This document shows, in pieces, positions 13,301 through 27,900 of a stretch of 64,000 bases of DNA. Both the position numbers and the translations under genes were made by a program. Below the pieces are notes generated by a model that was not told the DNA's origin, searched no databases, and saw only the letters and a program-made list of their open reading frames with translations. Within the stretch, counting starts at the first letter, position 1. Each line of letters starts with the position of its first letter. The stretch lies in assembly GCF_009914755.1 (NCBI RefSeq), contig NC_060946.1; one strand, given 5' to 3'. Source of the stretch: the human T2T-CHM13v2.0 reference genome, Homo sapiens.

Positions 13301-16300
13301 CTACAGAAAGAGTGTTTCAAAACTGCTGTACGAAAGGGAATGTTCAACTCTGTGACTTGAATGCACACATCACAAAGAAGTTTCTGAGGATGCTGCTGTC
13401 TACATTTTATACGTAATCCCGTTTCCAACGAAATCCTCCAAGCTATCCAAATATCCACTTGCAGATTCCACAGAAAGACTGTTTCAAAACTGCTCTGTCA
13501 ATAGAAAGGTTCAACTCTGTTAGCTGCGTGCATATATCCCAAAGAAGATTCTGAGATTGCTTCTGTCTAGTTTTTATGGGAAGATATTTCCCTTTTCACC
13601 GTAGGTGTCAAGGAGCTCCAAATGTCCACTTCCAGATACTAGAAAAAGAGTGTTTCAAACCTACTCTGCGAAAGGGAATATTCAACCCTGTGACTTGAAG
13701 GCAGATATCACAAAGAAGTTTCTGAGAATGCTTCTGTCGAAATTTTATATGAAGATATTCCCGTTTCCAAAGAAATCCTGAAATCTATCCAAATATCCCC
13801 TCGCAGATTCTACAAAAAGAGTGTTTCAAAACTGCTCTGTAAAAAGAAAGGTTCAACTCTGTTAGTTGAGTACACACATCACAAACAAGTTTCACAGAAT
13901 GCTTCTTTCTAGCTTGTGGGGGAAGATATTCCCTTTATCACCATGGGACTCAAACCGTCCGAAACGTCCACTTCCATATACTACAAAAAGAGCGTTTCAA
14001 ACCTGCTCTATGAAAGGCAATGTTCAACTCTGTGACTTGAATGCAGACATCACAGAGCAGTTTCTGAGAATGCTTCTGTCTAGATTTTATAGGAAGATAT
14101 TCCCGTTTCCAACGAAATCTTCACAGCTATCCAAATATCCACTTGCAGATTCTACAAAAAGAGTTTATCAAAACTGCTCTGTCAAAAGGAAGGTTCTTCT
14201 CTGTTAGTTGAGTACATACGTCATAAAGGAGTTTCTGAGAATGTTTCTGTCTAGTGGTTATGGGAAGATATTTTCTTTTTCACCTTAGGCCTCAGAGTGC
14301 TCCAAATATCCGCTTGCACATACTACAAAAAGAGTGCTTCAAAGCTGCTCTCTGAAAGGGAATGTTCAACTCTATGAGTTGAATGCAAACATCACAAAGA
14401 CGTTTCTGAGAATGGTTCTGTCTAGATTTGATATGAAGATATTCCCGTTTCCAACGAAATCTTCAAATCTATCCAAATGTCCACTTGCAGATTCAACAAA
14501 GTGTTTTTCAGAACTGCTCTATCAAAAGAAAGATCCACCTCTGTTAGCTGAGTTCACACTTCACAAACAAGTTTATCAGAATGCTTCTGTCTAGTTTTTA
14601 TTTGAAGATATATCCTTTCTCACTATAGACCTGAAAGCTCTCCTAAAGTTCACGTCCAGATACTACAGAAAGAGTGTTTCAAAACTGCTGTACGAAAGGG
14701 AATGTTCAACTCTGTGACTTGAATGCACACATCACAAGGATGTTTCTGAGGATGCTGCTGTCTACTTTTTATACGTAATCCCTTTTCCAACGAAATCCTC
14801 CAAGCTATCCAAATATCCACTTGCAGATTCCACAGAAAGACTGTTTCAAAACTGCTCTGTCAATAGAAAGGTTCAACTCTGTTAGCTGCGTGCATATATC
14901 CCAAAGAAGATTCTGAGATTGCTTCTGTCTAGTTTTTATGGGAAGATATTTCCCTTTTCACCGTAGGTGTCAAGGCGCTCCAAATGTCCACTTCCAGATA
15001 CTACAAAAAGAGTGTTTCAAACCTACTCTGTGAAAGGGAATATTCAACTCTGTGACTTGAAGGCAGATATCACAAAGAAGTTTCTGAGAATGCTTCTGTC
15101 GAGATTTTATATGAAGATATTCCCGTTTCCAACGAAATCCTGAAATCTATCCAAATATCCCCTCGCAGATTCTACAAAAAGAGTGTTTCAAAACTGCTCT
15201 GTAAAAAGAAAGGTTCAACTCTGTTAGTTGAGTACACACATCACAAACAAGTTTCACAGAATGCTTCTTTCTAGCTTGTAGGGGAAGATATTCCCTTTAT
15301 CACCATGGGCCTCAAACCGTCCGAAACGTCCACTTCCATATACTACACAAAGAGTGTTTCAAACCTGCTCTAGGAAAGGCAATGTTCAACTCTGTGACTT
15401 GAATGCAGACATCACAGAGCAGTTTCTGAGAATGCTTCTGTCTAGATTTTATAGGAAGATATTCCCGTTTCCAACGAAATCTTCACAGCTATCCAAATAT
15501 CCACTTGCAGATTCTACAAAAAGAGTGTATCAAAACTGCTCTGTCAAAAGGAAGGTTCTTCTCTGTTAGTTGAGTACATACGTCATAAAGGAGTTTCTGA
15601 GAATGTTTCTGTCTAGTGGTTATGGGAAGATATTTGCTTTTTCACCTTAGGCCTCAGAGCGCTCCAAATATCCACTTGCACATACTACAAAAAGAGTGCT
15701 TCAAAGCTGCTCTCTGAAACGGAATGTTCAACTCTATGAGTTGAATGCAAACATCACAAAGACGTTTCCGAGAATGCTTCTGTCTAGATTTGATATGAAG
15801 ATATTCCCGTTTCCAACGAAATCTTCAAATCTATCCAAATGTCCACTTGCAGATTCAACAAAAAGTGTTTTTCAGAACTGCTCTATCAAAAGAAAGATCC
15901 ACCTCTGTTAGCTGAGTTCACACATCACAAACAAGTTTATGAGAATGCTTCTGTCTAGTTTTTATTTGAAGATATTTCCTTTCTCACCATAGACCTGAAA
16001 GCTGTCCTAGTGTTCACTTCCAGATACTACAGAAAGAGTGTTTCAAAACTGCTGTACGAAAGGGAATGTTCAACTCTGTGACTTTAATGCAGACATCACA
16101 AACAACTTTCTGAGGATGCTGCTGTCTACTTTTTATACGTAATCCCGTTTCCAACGAAATCCTCCAAGCTATCCAAATATCCACTTGCAGATTCCACAGA
16201 AAGACTGTTTCAAAACTGCTCTGTCAATAGAAAGGTTCAACTCTGTTAGCTGCGTGCATATATCCCAAAGAAGATTCTGAGATTGCTTCTGTCTAGTTTT

Positions 16301-16799
16301 TATGGGAAGATATTTCCCTTTTCACCGTAGGTGTCAAGGAGCTCCAAATGTCCACTTCCAGATACTACAAAAAGAGTGTTTCAAACCTACTCTGTGAAAG
16401 GGAATATTCAAGTCTGTGACTTGAAGGGAGATATCACAAAGAAGTTTCTGAGAATGCTTCTGTCGAGATTTTATATGAAGATATTCCCGTTTCCAACGAA
16501 ATCCTGAAATCTATCCAAATATCCCCTCTCAGATTCTACAAAAAGAGTGTTTCAAAACTGCTCTGTAAAAAGAAAGGTTCAACTCTGTTAGTTGAGTACA
16601 CACATCACAAAGAAGTTTCACAGAATGCTTCTTTCTAGCTTGTAGGGGAAGATATTCCCTTTATCACCATGGGCCTCAAACCGTCCGAAACGTCCACTTC
16701 CATATACTACAAAAAGAGCGTTTCAAACCTGCTCTATGAAAGGCAATGTTCAACTCTGTGACTTGAATGCAGACATCACAGAGCAGTTTCTGAGAATGC

Positions 16800-19165
16800 T
16801 TCTGTCCAGATTTTATAGGAAGATATTCCCGTTTCCAACGAAATCTTCACAGCTATCCAAATATCCACTTGCAGATTCTACAAAAAGAGTGTATCAAAAC
16901 TGCTCTGTCAAAAGAAAGGTTCTTCTCTTTTAGGTGAGTGCATACGTCATAAAGGAGTTTCTGAGAATGTTTCTGTCTAGTGGTTATGGGAAGATATTTG
17001 CTTTTTCACCGTAGGCCTCAGAGCGCTCCAAATATCCACTTGCACATACTACAAAAAGAGTGTTTCAAAGCTGCTCTCTGAAAGGGAATGTTCAACTCTA
17101 TGAGTTGAATGCAAACATCACAAAGACGTTTCTGAGAATGCTTCTGTCTAGATTTGATATGAAGATATTCCCGTTTCCAACGAAATCTTCAAATCTATCC
17201 AAATGTCCACTTGCAGATTCAACAAAGTGTTTTTCAGAACTGCTCTATCAAAAGAAAGATCCACCTCTGTTAGCTGAGTTCACACTTCACAAACAAGTTT
17301 ATCAGAATGCTTCTGTCTAGTTTTTATTTGAAGATATATCCTTTCTCACTATAGACCTGAAAGCTCTCCTAAAGTTCACTTCCAGATACTACAGAAAGAG
17401 TGTTTCGAAACTGCTGTACGAAAGGGAATGTTCAACTCTGTGACTTGAATGCACACATCACAAAGAAGTTTCTTAGGATGCTGCTGTCTACTTTTTATGC
17501 GAAATCCCGTTTCCAACGAAATCCTCCAAGCTATCCAAATATCCACTTGCAGATTCCACAGAAAGACTGTTTCAAAACTGCTCTGTCAATAGAAAGGTTC
17601 AACTCTGTTAGCTGCGTGCATATATCCCAAAGAAGATTCTGAGATTGCTTCTGTCTAGTTTTTATGGGAAGATATTTCCCTTTTCACCGTAGGCGTCAAG
17701 GCGCTCCAAATGTCCACTTCCAGATACTACAAAAAGAGTGTTTCAAACCTACTCTGTGAAAGGGAATATTCAACTCTGTGACTTGAAGGTAGATATCAGA
17801 AAGAAGTTTCTGAGAATGCTTCTGTCGAGATTTTATATGAAGATATTCCCGTTTCCAACGAAATCCTGAAATCTATCCAAATATCCCCTCGCAGATTCTA
17901 CAAAAAGAGTGTTTCAAAACTGCTCTGTAAAAAGAAAGGTTCAACTCTGTTAGTTGAGTACACACATCACAAACAAGTTTCACAGAATGCTTCTTTCTAG
18001 CTTGTAGGGGAAGATATTCCCTTTATCACCATGGGCCTCAAACCGTCCAAAACGTCCACTTCCATATACTACAAAAAGAGCGTTTCAAACCTGCTCTATG
18101 AAAGGCAATGTTCAACTCTGTGACTTGAATGCAGACATCACAGAGCAGTTTCTGAGAATGCTTCTGTCCAGATTTTATAGGAAGATATTCCCGTTTCCAA
18201 CGAAATCTTCACAGCTATCCAAATATCCACTTGCAGATTCTACAAAAAGAGTGTATCAAAACTGCTCTGTCAAAAGGAAGGTTCTTCTCTTTTAGGTGAG
18301 TGCATACGTCATAAAGGAGTTTCTGAGAATGTTTCTGTCTAGTGGTTATGGGAAGATATTTGCTTTTTCACCGTAGGCCTCAGAGCGCTCCAAATATCCA
18401 CTTGCACATACTACAAAAAGAGTGTTTCAAAGCTGCTCTCTGAAAGGGAATGTTCAACTCTATGAGTTGAATGCAAACATCACAAAGACGTTTCTGAGAA
18501 TGCTTCTGTCTAGATTTGATATGAAGATATTCCCGTTTCCAACGAAATCTTCAAATCTATCCAAATGTCCACTTGCAGATTCAACAAAGTGTTTTTCAGA
18601 ACTGCTCTATCAAAAGAAAGATCCACCTCTGTTAGCTGAGTTCACACTTCACAAACAAGTTTATGAGAATGCTTCTGTCTAGTTTTTATTTGAAGATATA
18701 TCCTTTCTCACTATAGACCTGAAAGCTCTCCTAAAGTTCACTTCCAGATACTACAGAAAGAGTGTTTCGAAACTGCTGTACGAAAGGGAATGTTCAACTC
18801 TGTGACTTGAATGCACACATCACAAAGAAGTTTCTTAGGATGCTGCTGTCTACTTTTTATGCGAAATCCCGTTTCCAACGAAATCCTCCAAGCTATCCAA
18901 ATATCCACTTGCAGATTCCACAGAAAGACTGTTTCAAAACTGCTCTGTCAATAGAAAGGTTCAACTCTGTTAGCTGCGTGCATATATCCCAAAGAAGATT
19001 CTGAGATTGCTTCTGTCTAGTTTTTATGGGAAGATATGTCCCTTTTCACCGTAGGCGTCAAGGCGCTCCAAATGTCCACTTCCAGATACTACAAAAAGAG
19101 TGTTTCAAACCTACTCTGTGAAAGGGAATATTCAACTCTGTGACTTGAAGGTAGATATCAGAAAG
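16800..19165. repeat. Tandem duplication of a 1,362-bp variant HOR
   Basis: Units anchored at 17060 and 18422 share a 2-bp deletion plus the private variants TTTCGAAA, TATGCGAAA and GAAGGTAGATATCAGA. Ends are approximate. Confidence 0.85.
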
Positions 19166-22100
19166 AAGTTTCTGAGAATGCTTCTGTCGAGATTTTATAT
19201 GAAGATATTCCCGTTTCCAACGAAATCCTGAAATCTATCCAAATATCCCCTCGCAGATTCTACAAAAAGAGTGTTTCAAAACTGCTCTGTAAAAAGAAAG
19301 GTTCAACTCTGTTAGTTGAGTACACACATCACAAACAAGTTTCACAGAATGCTTCTTTCTAGCTTGTAGGGGAAGATATTCCCTTTATCACCATGGGCCT
19401 CAAACCGTCCGAAACGTCCACTTCCATATACTACAAAAAGAGTGTTTCAAACCTGCTCTATGAAAGGCAATGTTCAACTCTGTGACTTGAATGCAGACAT
19501 CACAGAGCAGTTTCTGAGAATGCTTCTTTCTAGATTTTATAGGAAGATATTCCCGTTTCCAACGAAATCTTCACAGCTATCCAAATATCCACTTGCAGAT
19601 TCTACAAAAAGAGTGTATCAAAACTGCTCTGTCAAAAGGAAGGTTCTTCTCTGTTAGGTGAGTGCATACGTCATAAAGGAGTTTCTGAGAATGTTTCTGT
19701 CTAGTGGTTATGGGAAGATATTAGCTTTTTCACCGTAGGCCTCAGAGCGCTCCAAATATCCGCTTGCACATACTACAAAAAGAGTGCTTCAAAGCTGCTC
19801 TCTGAAACGGAATGTTCAACTCTATGAGTTGAATGCAAACATCACAAAGACGTTTCTGAGAATGCTTCCGTCTAGATTTGATATGAAGATATTCCCGTTT
19901 CCAACGACATCTTCAAATCTATCCAAATGTCTACTTGCATTTTCAACAAAAAGTGTTTTTCAGAACTGCTCTATCAAAAGAAAGATCCACCTCGGTTAGC
20001 TGAGTTCACACATCACAAACAAGTTTATGAGAATGCTTCTGTCTAGTTTTTATTTGAAGATATATCCTTTCTCACCATAGACCTGGAAGCTCTCCTAATG
20101 TTCACTTCCAGATACTACAGAAAGAGTGTTTCAAAACTGCTGTACGAAAGGGAATGTTCAACTCTGTGACTTGAATGCACACATCACAAAGAAGTTTCTG
20201 AGGATGCTGCTGTCTACTTTTTATACGTAATCCCTTTTCCAACGAAATCCTCCAAGCTATCCAAATATCCACTTGCAGATTCCACAGAAAGACTGTTTCA
20301 AAACTGCTCTGTCAATAGAAAGGTTCAACTCTGTTAGCTGCGTGCATATATCCCAAAGAAGATTCTGAGATTGCTTCTGCCTAGTTTTTATGGGAAGATA
20401 TTTCCCTTTTCACCATAGGTGCCAAGGCGCTCCAAATGTCCACTTCCAGATACTACAAAAAGAGTGTTTCAAACCTACTCTGTGATAGGGAATATTCAAC
20501 TCTGTGACTTGAAGGCTGATATCACAAAGAATTTTCTGAGAATGCTTCTGTCGAGATTTTATATGAAGATATTCCCGTTTCCAACGAAATCCTGAAATCT
20601 ATCCAAATATCCCCTCGCAGATTCTACAAAAAGAGTGTTTCAAAACTGCTCTGTAAAAAGAAAGGTTCAACTCTGTTAGTTGAGTACACACATCACAAAC
20701 AAGTTTCACAGAATGCTTCTTTCTAGCTTGTAGGGGAAGATATTCCCTTTATCACCATGGGTCTCAAACCGTCCGAAACGTCCACTTCCATATACTACAC
20801 AAAGAGCGTTTCAAACCTGCTCTAGGAAAGGCAATGTTCAACTCTGTGACTTGAATGCAGACATCACAGAGCAGTTTCTGAGAATGCTTCTGTCTAGATT
20901 TTATAGGAAGATATTCCCGTTTCCAACGAAATCTTCACAGCTATCCAAATATCCACTTGCAGATTCTACAAAAAGAGTGTATCAAAACTGCTCTGTCAAA
21001 AGGAAGGTTCTTCTCTGTTAGTTGAGTACATACGTCATAAAGGAGTTTCTGAGAATGTTTCTGTCTAGTGGTTATGGGAAGATATTTGCTTTTTCACCTT
21101 AGGCCTCAGAGCGATCCAAATATCCACTTGCACATACTACAAAAAGAGTGCTTCAAAGCTGCTCTCTGAAACGGAATGTTCAACTCTATGAGTTGAATGC
21201 AAACATCACAAAGACGTTTCTGAGAATGCTTCTGTCTAGATTTGATATGAAGATATTCCCGTTTCCAACGAAATCTTCAAATCTATCCAAATGTCCACTT
21301 GCAGATTCAACAAAAAGTGTTTTTCAGAACTGCTCTATCAAAAGAAAGATCCACCTCTGTTAGCTGGGTTCACACATCACAAACAAGTTTATGAGAATGC
21401 TTCTGTCTAGTTTTTATTTGAAGATATTTCCTTTCTCACCATAGACCTGAAAGCTGTCCTAATGTTCACTTCCAGATACTACAGAAAGAGCGTTTCAAAA
21501 CTGCTGTACGAAAGGGAATGTTCAACTCTGTGACTTGAATGCACACATCACAAAGAAGTTTCTGAGGATGCTGCTGTCTACTTTTTATACGTAATCCCGT
21601 TTCCAACGAAATCCTCCAAGCTATCCAAATATCCACTTGCAGATTCCACAGAAAGACTGTTTCAAAACTGCTCTGTCAATAGAAAGGTTCAACTCTGTTA
21701 GCTGCGTGCATATATCCCAAAGAAGATTCTGATATTGCTTCTGTCTAGTTTTTATGGGAAGATATTTCCCTTTTCACAGTAGGCGCTAAGGCGTTCCAAA
21801 TGTCCACTTCCAGATACTACAAAAAGAGTGTTTCAAACCTACTCTCTGAAAGGGAATATTCAACTCTGTGACTTGAATGCAGATATCACACAGAAGTTTC
21901 TGAGAATGCCTCTGTCGAGATTTTATATGAAGATATTCCCGTTTCCAACGAAATCCTGAAATCTATCAAAATATCCCCTCGCAGATTCTACAAACAGAGT
22001 GTTTCAAAACTGCTCTGTAAAAAGAAAGGTTCAACTCTGTTAGTTGAGTACACACATCACAAACAAGTTTCACAGAATGCTTCTTTCTAGCTTGTAGGGG

Positions 22101-22429
22101 AAGATATTTCCTTTATCACCATGGGCCTCAAACTGTCCGAAACGTCCACTTCCATATACAACAAAAAGAGCGTTTCAAACCTGCTCTATGAAAGGCAATG
22201 TTCAACTCTGTGACTTGAATGCAGACATCACAGAGCAGTTTCTGAGAATGCTTCTGTCTAGATTTTATAGGAAGATATTCCCGTTTCCAACGAAATCTTC
22301 ACAGCTATCCAAATATCCACTTGCAGATTCTACAAAAAGAGTGTATCAAAACTGCTCTGTCAAAAGGAAGGTTCTTCTCTGTTAGTTGAGTACATACGTC
22401 ATAAAGGAGTTTCTGAGAATGTTTCTGTC

Positions 22430-25400
22430 TAGTGGTTACGGGAAGATATTTGCTTTTTCACCTTAGGCCTCAGAGCGCTCCAAATATCCACTTGCACATA
22501 CTACAAAAAGAGTGCTTCAAAGCTGCTCTCTGAAACGGAATGTTCAACTCTATGAGTTGAATGCAAACATCACAAAGACGTTTCTGAGAATGCTTCTGTC
22601 TAGATTTGATATGAAGATATTCCCGTTTCCAACGAAATCTTCAAATCTATCCAAATGTCCACTTGCAGATTCAACAAAAAGTGTTTTTCAGAACTGCTCT
22701 ATCAAAAGAAAGATCCACCTCTGTTAGCTGAGTTCACACATCACAAACAAGTTTATGAGAATGCTTCTGTCTAGTTTTTATTTGAAGATATTTCCTTTCT
22801 CACCATAGACCTGAAAGCTGTCCTAGTGTTCACTTCCAGATACTGCAGAAAGAGTGTTTCAAAACTGCTGTACGAAAGGGAATGTTCAACTCTGTGACTT
22901 GAATGCACACATCACAAAGAAGTTTCTGAGGATGCTGCTGTCTACTTTTTATACGTAATCCCCTTTCCAACGAAATCCTCCAAGCTATCCAAATATCCAC
23001 TTGCAGATTCCACAGAAAGACTGTTTCAAAACTGCTCTGTCAATAGAAAGGTTCAACTCTGTTAGCTGCGTGCATATATCCCAAAGAAGATTCTGAGATT
23101 GCTTCTGTCTAGTTTTTATGGGAAGATATTTCCCTTTTCACCGTAGGTGTCAAGGAGCTCCAAATGTCCACTTCCAGATACTACAAAAAGAGTGTTTCAA
23201 ACGTACTCTGCGAAAGGGAATATTCAACTCTGTGACTTGAAGGGAGATATCACAAAGAAGATTCTGAGAATGCTTCTGTCGAGATTTTATATGAAGATAT
23301 TCCCGTTTCCAACGAAATCCTGAAATCTATCCAAATATCCCCTCGCAGATTCTACAAAAAGAGTGTTTCAAAACTGCTCTGTAAAAAGAAAGGTTCAACT
23401 CTGTTAGTTGAGTACACACATCACAAACAAGTTTCACAGAATGCTTCTTTCTAGCTTGTAGGGGAAGATATTCCCTTTATCACCATGGGCCTCAAACCGT
23501 CCGAAACGTCCACTTCCATATACTACAAAAAGAGCGTTTCAAACCTGCTCTATGAAAGGCAATGTTCAACTCTGTGACTTGAATGCAGACATCACAGAGC
23601 AGTTTCTGAGAATTCTTCTGTCCAGATTTTATAGGAAGATATTCCCGTTTCCAACGAAATCTTCACAGCTATCCAAATATCCACTTGCAGATTCTACAAA
23701 AAGAGTGTATCAAAACTGCTCTGTCAAAAGGAAGGTTCTTCTCTTTTAGGTGAGTGCATACGTCATAAAGGAGTTTCTGAGAATGTTTCTGTCTAGTGGT
23801 TATGGGAAGATATTTGCTTTTTCACCGTAGGTCTCAGAGCGCTCCAAATATCCACTTGCACTTACTACAAAAAGAGTGTTTCAAAGCTGCTCTCTGAAAG
23901 GGAATGTTCAACTCTATGAGTTGAATGCAAACATCACAAAGACGTTTCTGAGAATGCTTCTGTCTAGATTTGATATGAAGATATTCCCGTTTCCAACGAA
24001 ATCTTCAAATCTATCCAAATGTCCACTTGCAGATTCAACAGTGTTTTTCAGAACTGCTCTATCAAAAGAAAGATCCACCTCTGATAGCTGAGTTCACACT
24101 TCACAAACAAGTTTATCAGAATCCTTCTGTCTAGTTTTTATTTGAAGATATATCCTTTCTCACTATAGACCTGAAAGCTCTCCTAAAGTTCACTTCCAGA
24201 TACTACAGAAAGAGTGTTTCAAAACTGCTGTAAGAAAGGGAATGTTCAACTCTGTGACTTGAATGCACACATCACAAAGAAGTTTCTTAGGATGCTGCTG
24301 TCTACTTTTTATACGAAATCCCGTTTCCAACGAAATCCTCCAAGCTATCCAAATATCCACTTGCAGATTCCACAGAAAGACTGTTTCAAAACTGCTCTGT
24401 CAATAGAAAGGTTCAAATCTGTTAGCTGCGTGCATATATCCCAAGGAAGATTCTGAGATTGCTTCTGTCTAGTTTTTATGGGAAGATATTTCCCTTTTCA
24501 CCGTAGGCGTCAAGGCGCTCCAAATGTCCACTTCCAGATACTACAAAAAGAGTGTTTCAAACCTACTCTCTGAAAGGGAATATTCAACTCTGTGACTTGA
24601 ATGCAGATATCACAATGAAGTTTCTGAGAATGCTTCTGTCGAGATTTTATATGAAGATATTCCCGTTTCCAACGAAATCCTGAAATCTATCCAAATATCC
24701 CCTCGCAGATTCTACAAAAAGAGTGTTTCAAAACTGCTCTGTAAAAAGAAAGGTTCAACCCTGTTAGTTGAGTACACACATCACAAACAAGTTTCACAGA
24801 ATGCTTCTTTCTAGCTTGTAGGGGAAGATATTCCCTTTATCACCATGGGCCTCAAACCGTCCGAAACGTTTACTTCCATATACTACAAAAAGAGCGTTTC
24901 AAACCTGCTCTATGAAAAGCAATGTTCAACTCTGTGACTTGAATGCAGACATCACAGAGCAGTTTCTGAGAATGCTTCTGTCTAGATTTTATAGGAAGAT
25001 ATTTCCGTTTCCAACGAAACCTTCACAGCTATCCAAATATCCACTTGCAGATTCTACAAAAAGAGTGTATCAAAACTGCTCTGTCAAAAGGAAGGTTCTT
25101 CTCTGTTAGTTGAGTACATACGTCATAAAGGAGTTTCTGAGAATGTTTCTGTCTAGTGGTTACGGGAAGATATTTGCTTTTTCACCTTAGGCCTCAGAGC
25201 GCTCCAAATATCCACTTGCACATACTACAAAAAGAGTGCTTCAAAGCTGCTCTCTGAAACGGAATGTTCAACTCTATGAGTTGAATGCAAACATCACAAA
25301 GACGTTTCTGAGAATGCTTCTGTCTAGATTTGATATGAAGATATTCCCGTTTCCAACGAAATCTTCAAATCTATCCAAATGTCCACTTGCAGATTCAACA

Positions 25401-27900
25401 AAAAGTGTTTTTCAGAACTGCTCTATCAAAAGAAAGATCCACCTCTGTTACCTGAGTTCACACATCACAAACAAGTTTATGAGAATGCTTCTGTCTAGTT
25501 TTTATTTGAAGATATTTCCTTTCTCACCATAGACCTGAAAGCTGTCCTAGTGTTCACTTCCAGATACTACAGAAAGAGTGTTTCAAAACTGCTGTACGAA
25601 AGGGAATGTTCAACTCTGTGACTTGAATGCACACATCACAAAGAAGTTTCTGAGGATGCTGCTGTCTACTTTTTATACGTAATCCCCTTTCCAACGAAAT
25701 CCTCCAATCTATCCAAATATCCACTTGCAGATTCCACAGAAAGACTGTTTCAAAACTGCTCTGTCAATAGAAAGGTTCAACTCTGTTAGCTGCGTGCATA
25801 TATCCCAAAGAAGATTCTGAGATTGCTTCTGTCTAGTTTTTATGGGAAGATATTTCCCTTTTCACCGTAGGTGTCAAGGAGCTCCAAATGTCCACTTCCA
25901 GATACTACAAAAAGAGTGTTTCAAACCTACTCTGCGAAAGGGAATATTCAACTCTGTGACTTGAAGGGAGATATCACAAAGAAGATTCTGAGAATGCTTC
26001 TGTCGAGATTTTATATGAAGATATTCCCGTTTCCAACGAAATCCTGAAATGTATCCAAATATCCCCTCGCAGATTCTACAAAAAGAGTGTTTCAAAACTG
26101 CTCTGTAAAAAGAAAGGTTCAACTCTGTTAGTTGAGTACACACATCACAAACAAGTTTCACAGAATGCTTCTTTCTAGCTTGTAGGGGAAGATATTCCCT
26201 TTATCACCATGGGCCTCAAACCGTCCGAAACGTCCACTTCCATATACTACAAAAAGAGCGTTTCAAACCTGCTCTAGGAAAGGCAATGTTCAACTCTGTG
26301 ACTTGAATGCAGACATCACAGAGCAGTTTCTGAGAATGCTTCTGTCCAGATTTTATAGGAAGATATTCCCGTTTCCAACGAAATCTTCACAGCTCTCCAA
26401 ATATCCACTTGCAGATTCTACAAAAAGAGTGTATCAAAACTGCTCTGTCAAAAGGAAGGTTCTTCTCTTTTAGGTGAGTGCATACGTCATAAAGGAGTTT
26501 CTGAGAATGTTTCTGTCTAGTGGTTATGGGAAGATATTTGCTTTTTCACCGTAGGCCTCAGAGCGCTCCAAATATCCACTTGCACATACTACAAAAAGAG
26601 TGTTTCAAAGCTGCTCTCTGAAAGGGAATGTTCAACTCTATGAGTTGAATGCAAACATCACAAAGACGTTTCTGAGAATGCTTCTGTCTAGATTTGATAT
26701 GAAGATATTCCCGTTTCCAACGAAATCTTCAAATCTATCCAAATGTCCACTTGCAGATTCAACAGTGTTTTTCAGAACTGCTCTATCAAAAGAAAGATCC
26801 ACCTCTGATAGCTGAGTTCACACTTCACAAACAAGTTTATCAGAATGCTTCTGTCTAGTTTTTATTTGAAGATATATCCTTTCTCACTATAGACCTGAAA
26901 GCTCTCCTAAAGTTCACTTCCAGATACTACAGAAAGAGTGTTTCAAAACTGCTGTAAGAAAGGGAATGTTCAACTCTGTGACTTGAATGCACACATCACA
27001 AAGAAGTTTCTTAGGATGCTGCTGTCTACTTTTTATACGAAATCCCGTTTCCAACGAAATCCTCCAAGCTATCCAAGTATCCACTTGCAGATTCCACAGA
27101 AAGACTGTTTCAAAACTGCTCTGTCAATAGAAAGGTTCAAATCTGTTAGCTGCGTGCATATATCGCAAAGAAGATTCTGAGATTGCTTCTGTCTAGTTTT
27201 TATGGGAAGATATTTCCCTTTTCACCGTAGGCGTCAAGGCGCTCCAAATGTCCACTTCCAGATACTACAAAAAGAGTGTTTCAAACCTACTCTGCGAAAG
27301 GGAATATTCAACTCTGTGACTTGAAGGCAGATATCAGAAATAAGTTTCTGAGAATGCTTCTGTCGAGATTTTATATGAAGATATTCCCGTTTCCAACGAA
27401 ATCCTGAAATCTATCCAAATATCCCCTCGCAGATTCTACAAAAAGAGTGTTTCAAAACTGCTCTGTAAAAAGAAAGGTTCAACTCTGTTAGTTGAGTACA
27501 CACATCACAAACAAGTTTCACAGAATGCTTCTTTCTAGCTTGTAGGGGAAGATATTCCCTTTATCACCATGGGCCTCAAACCGTCCGAAACGTTTACTTC
27601 CATATACTACAAAAAGAGCGTTTCAAACCTGCTCTATGAAAGGCAATGTTCAACTCTGTGACTTGAATGCAGACATCACAGAGCAGTTTCTGAGAATGCT
27701 TCTGTCTAGATTTTATAGGAAGATATTTCCGTTTCCAACGAAACCTTCACAGCTATCCAAATATCCACTTGCAGATTCTACAAAAAGAGTGTATCAAAAC
27801 TGCTCTGTCAAAAGGAAGGTTCTTCTCTGTTAGTTGAGTACATACGTCATAAAGGAGTTTCTGAGAATGTTTCTGTCTAGTGGTTACGGGAAGATATTTG
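22430..27900. repeat. Two copies of a 2,724-bp 2-HOR block
   Basis: Anchor pairs 22512/25236 and 23876/26600 share CTAGTG, TCCCCTTT, GGAGCTC, GAAGGGAG, a 4-bp deletion, CTGTAAGAA and TTCAAATCT. Ends are approximate. Confidence 0.75.
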
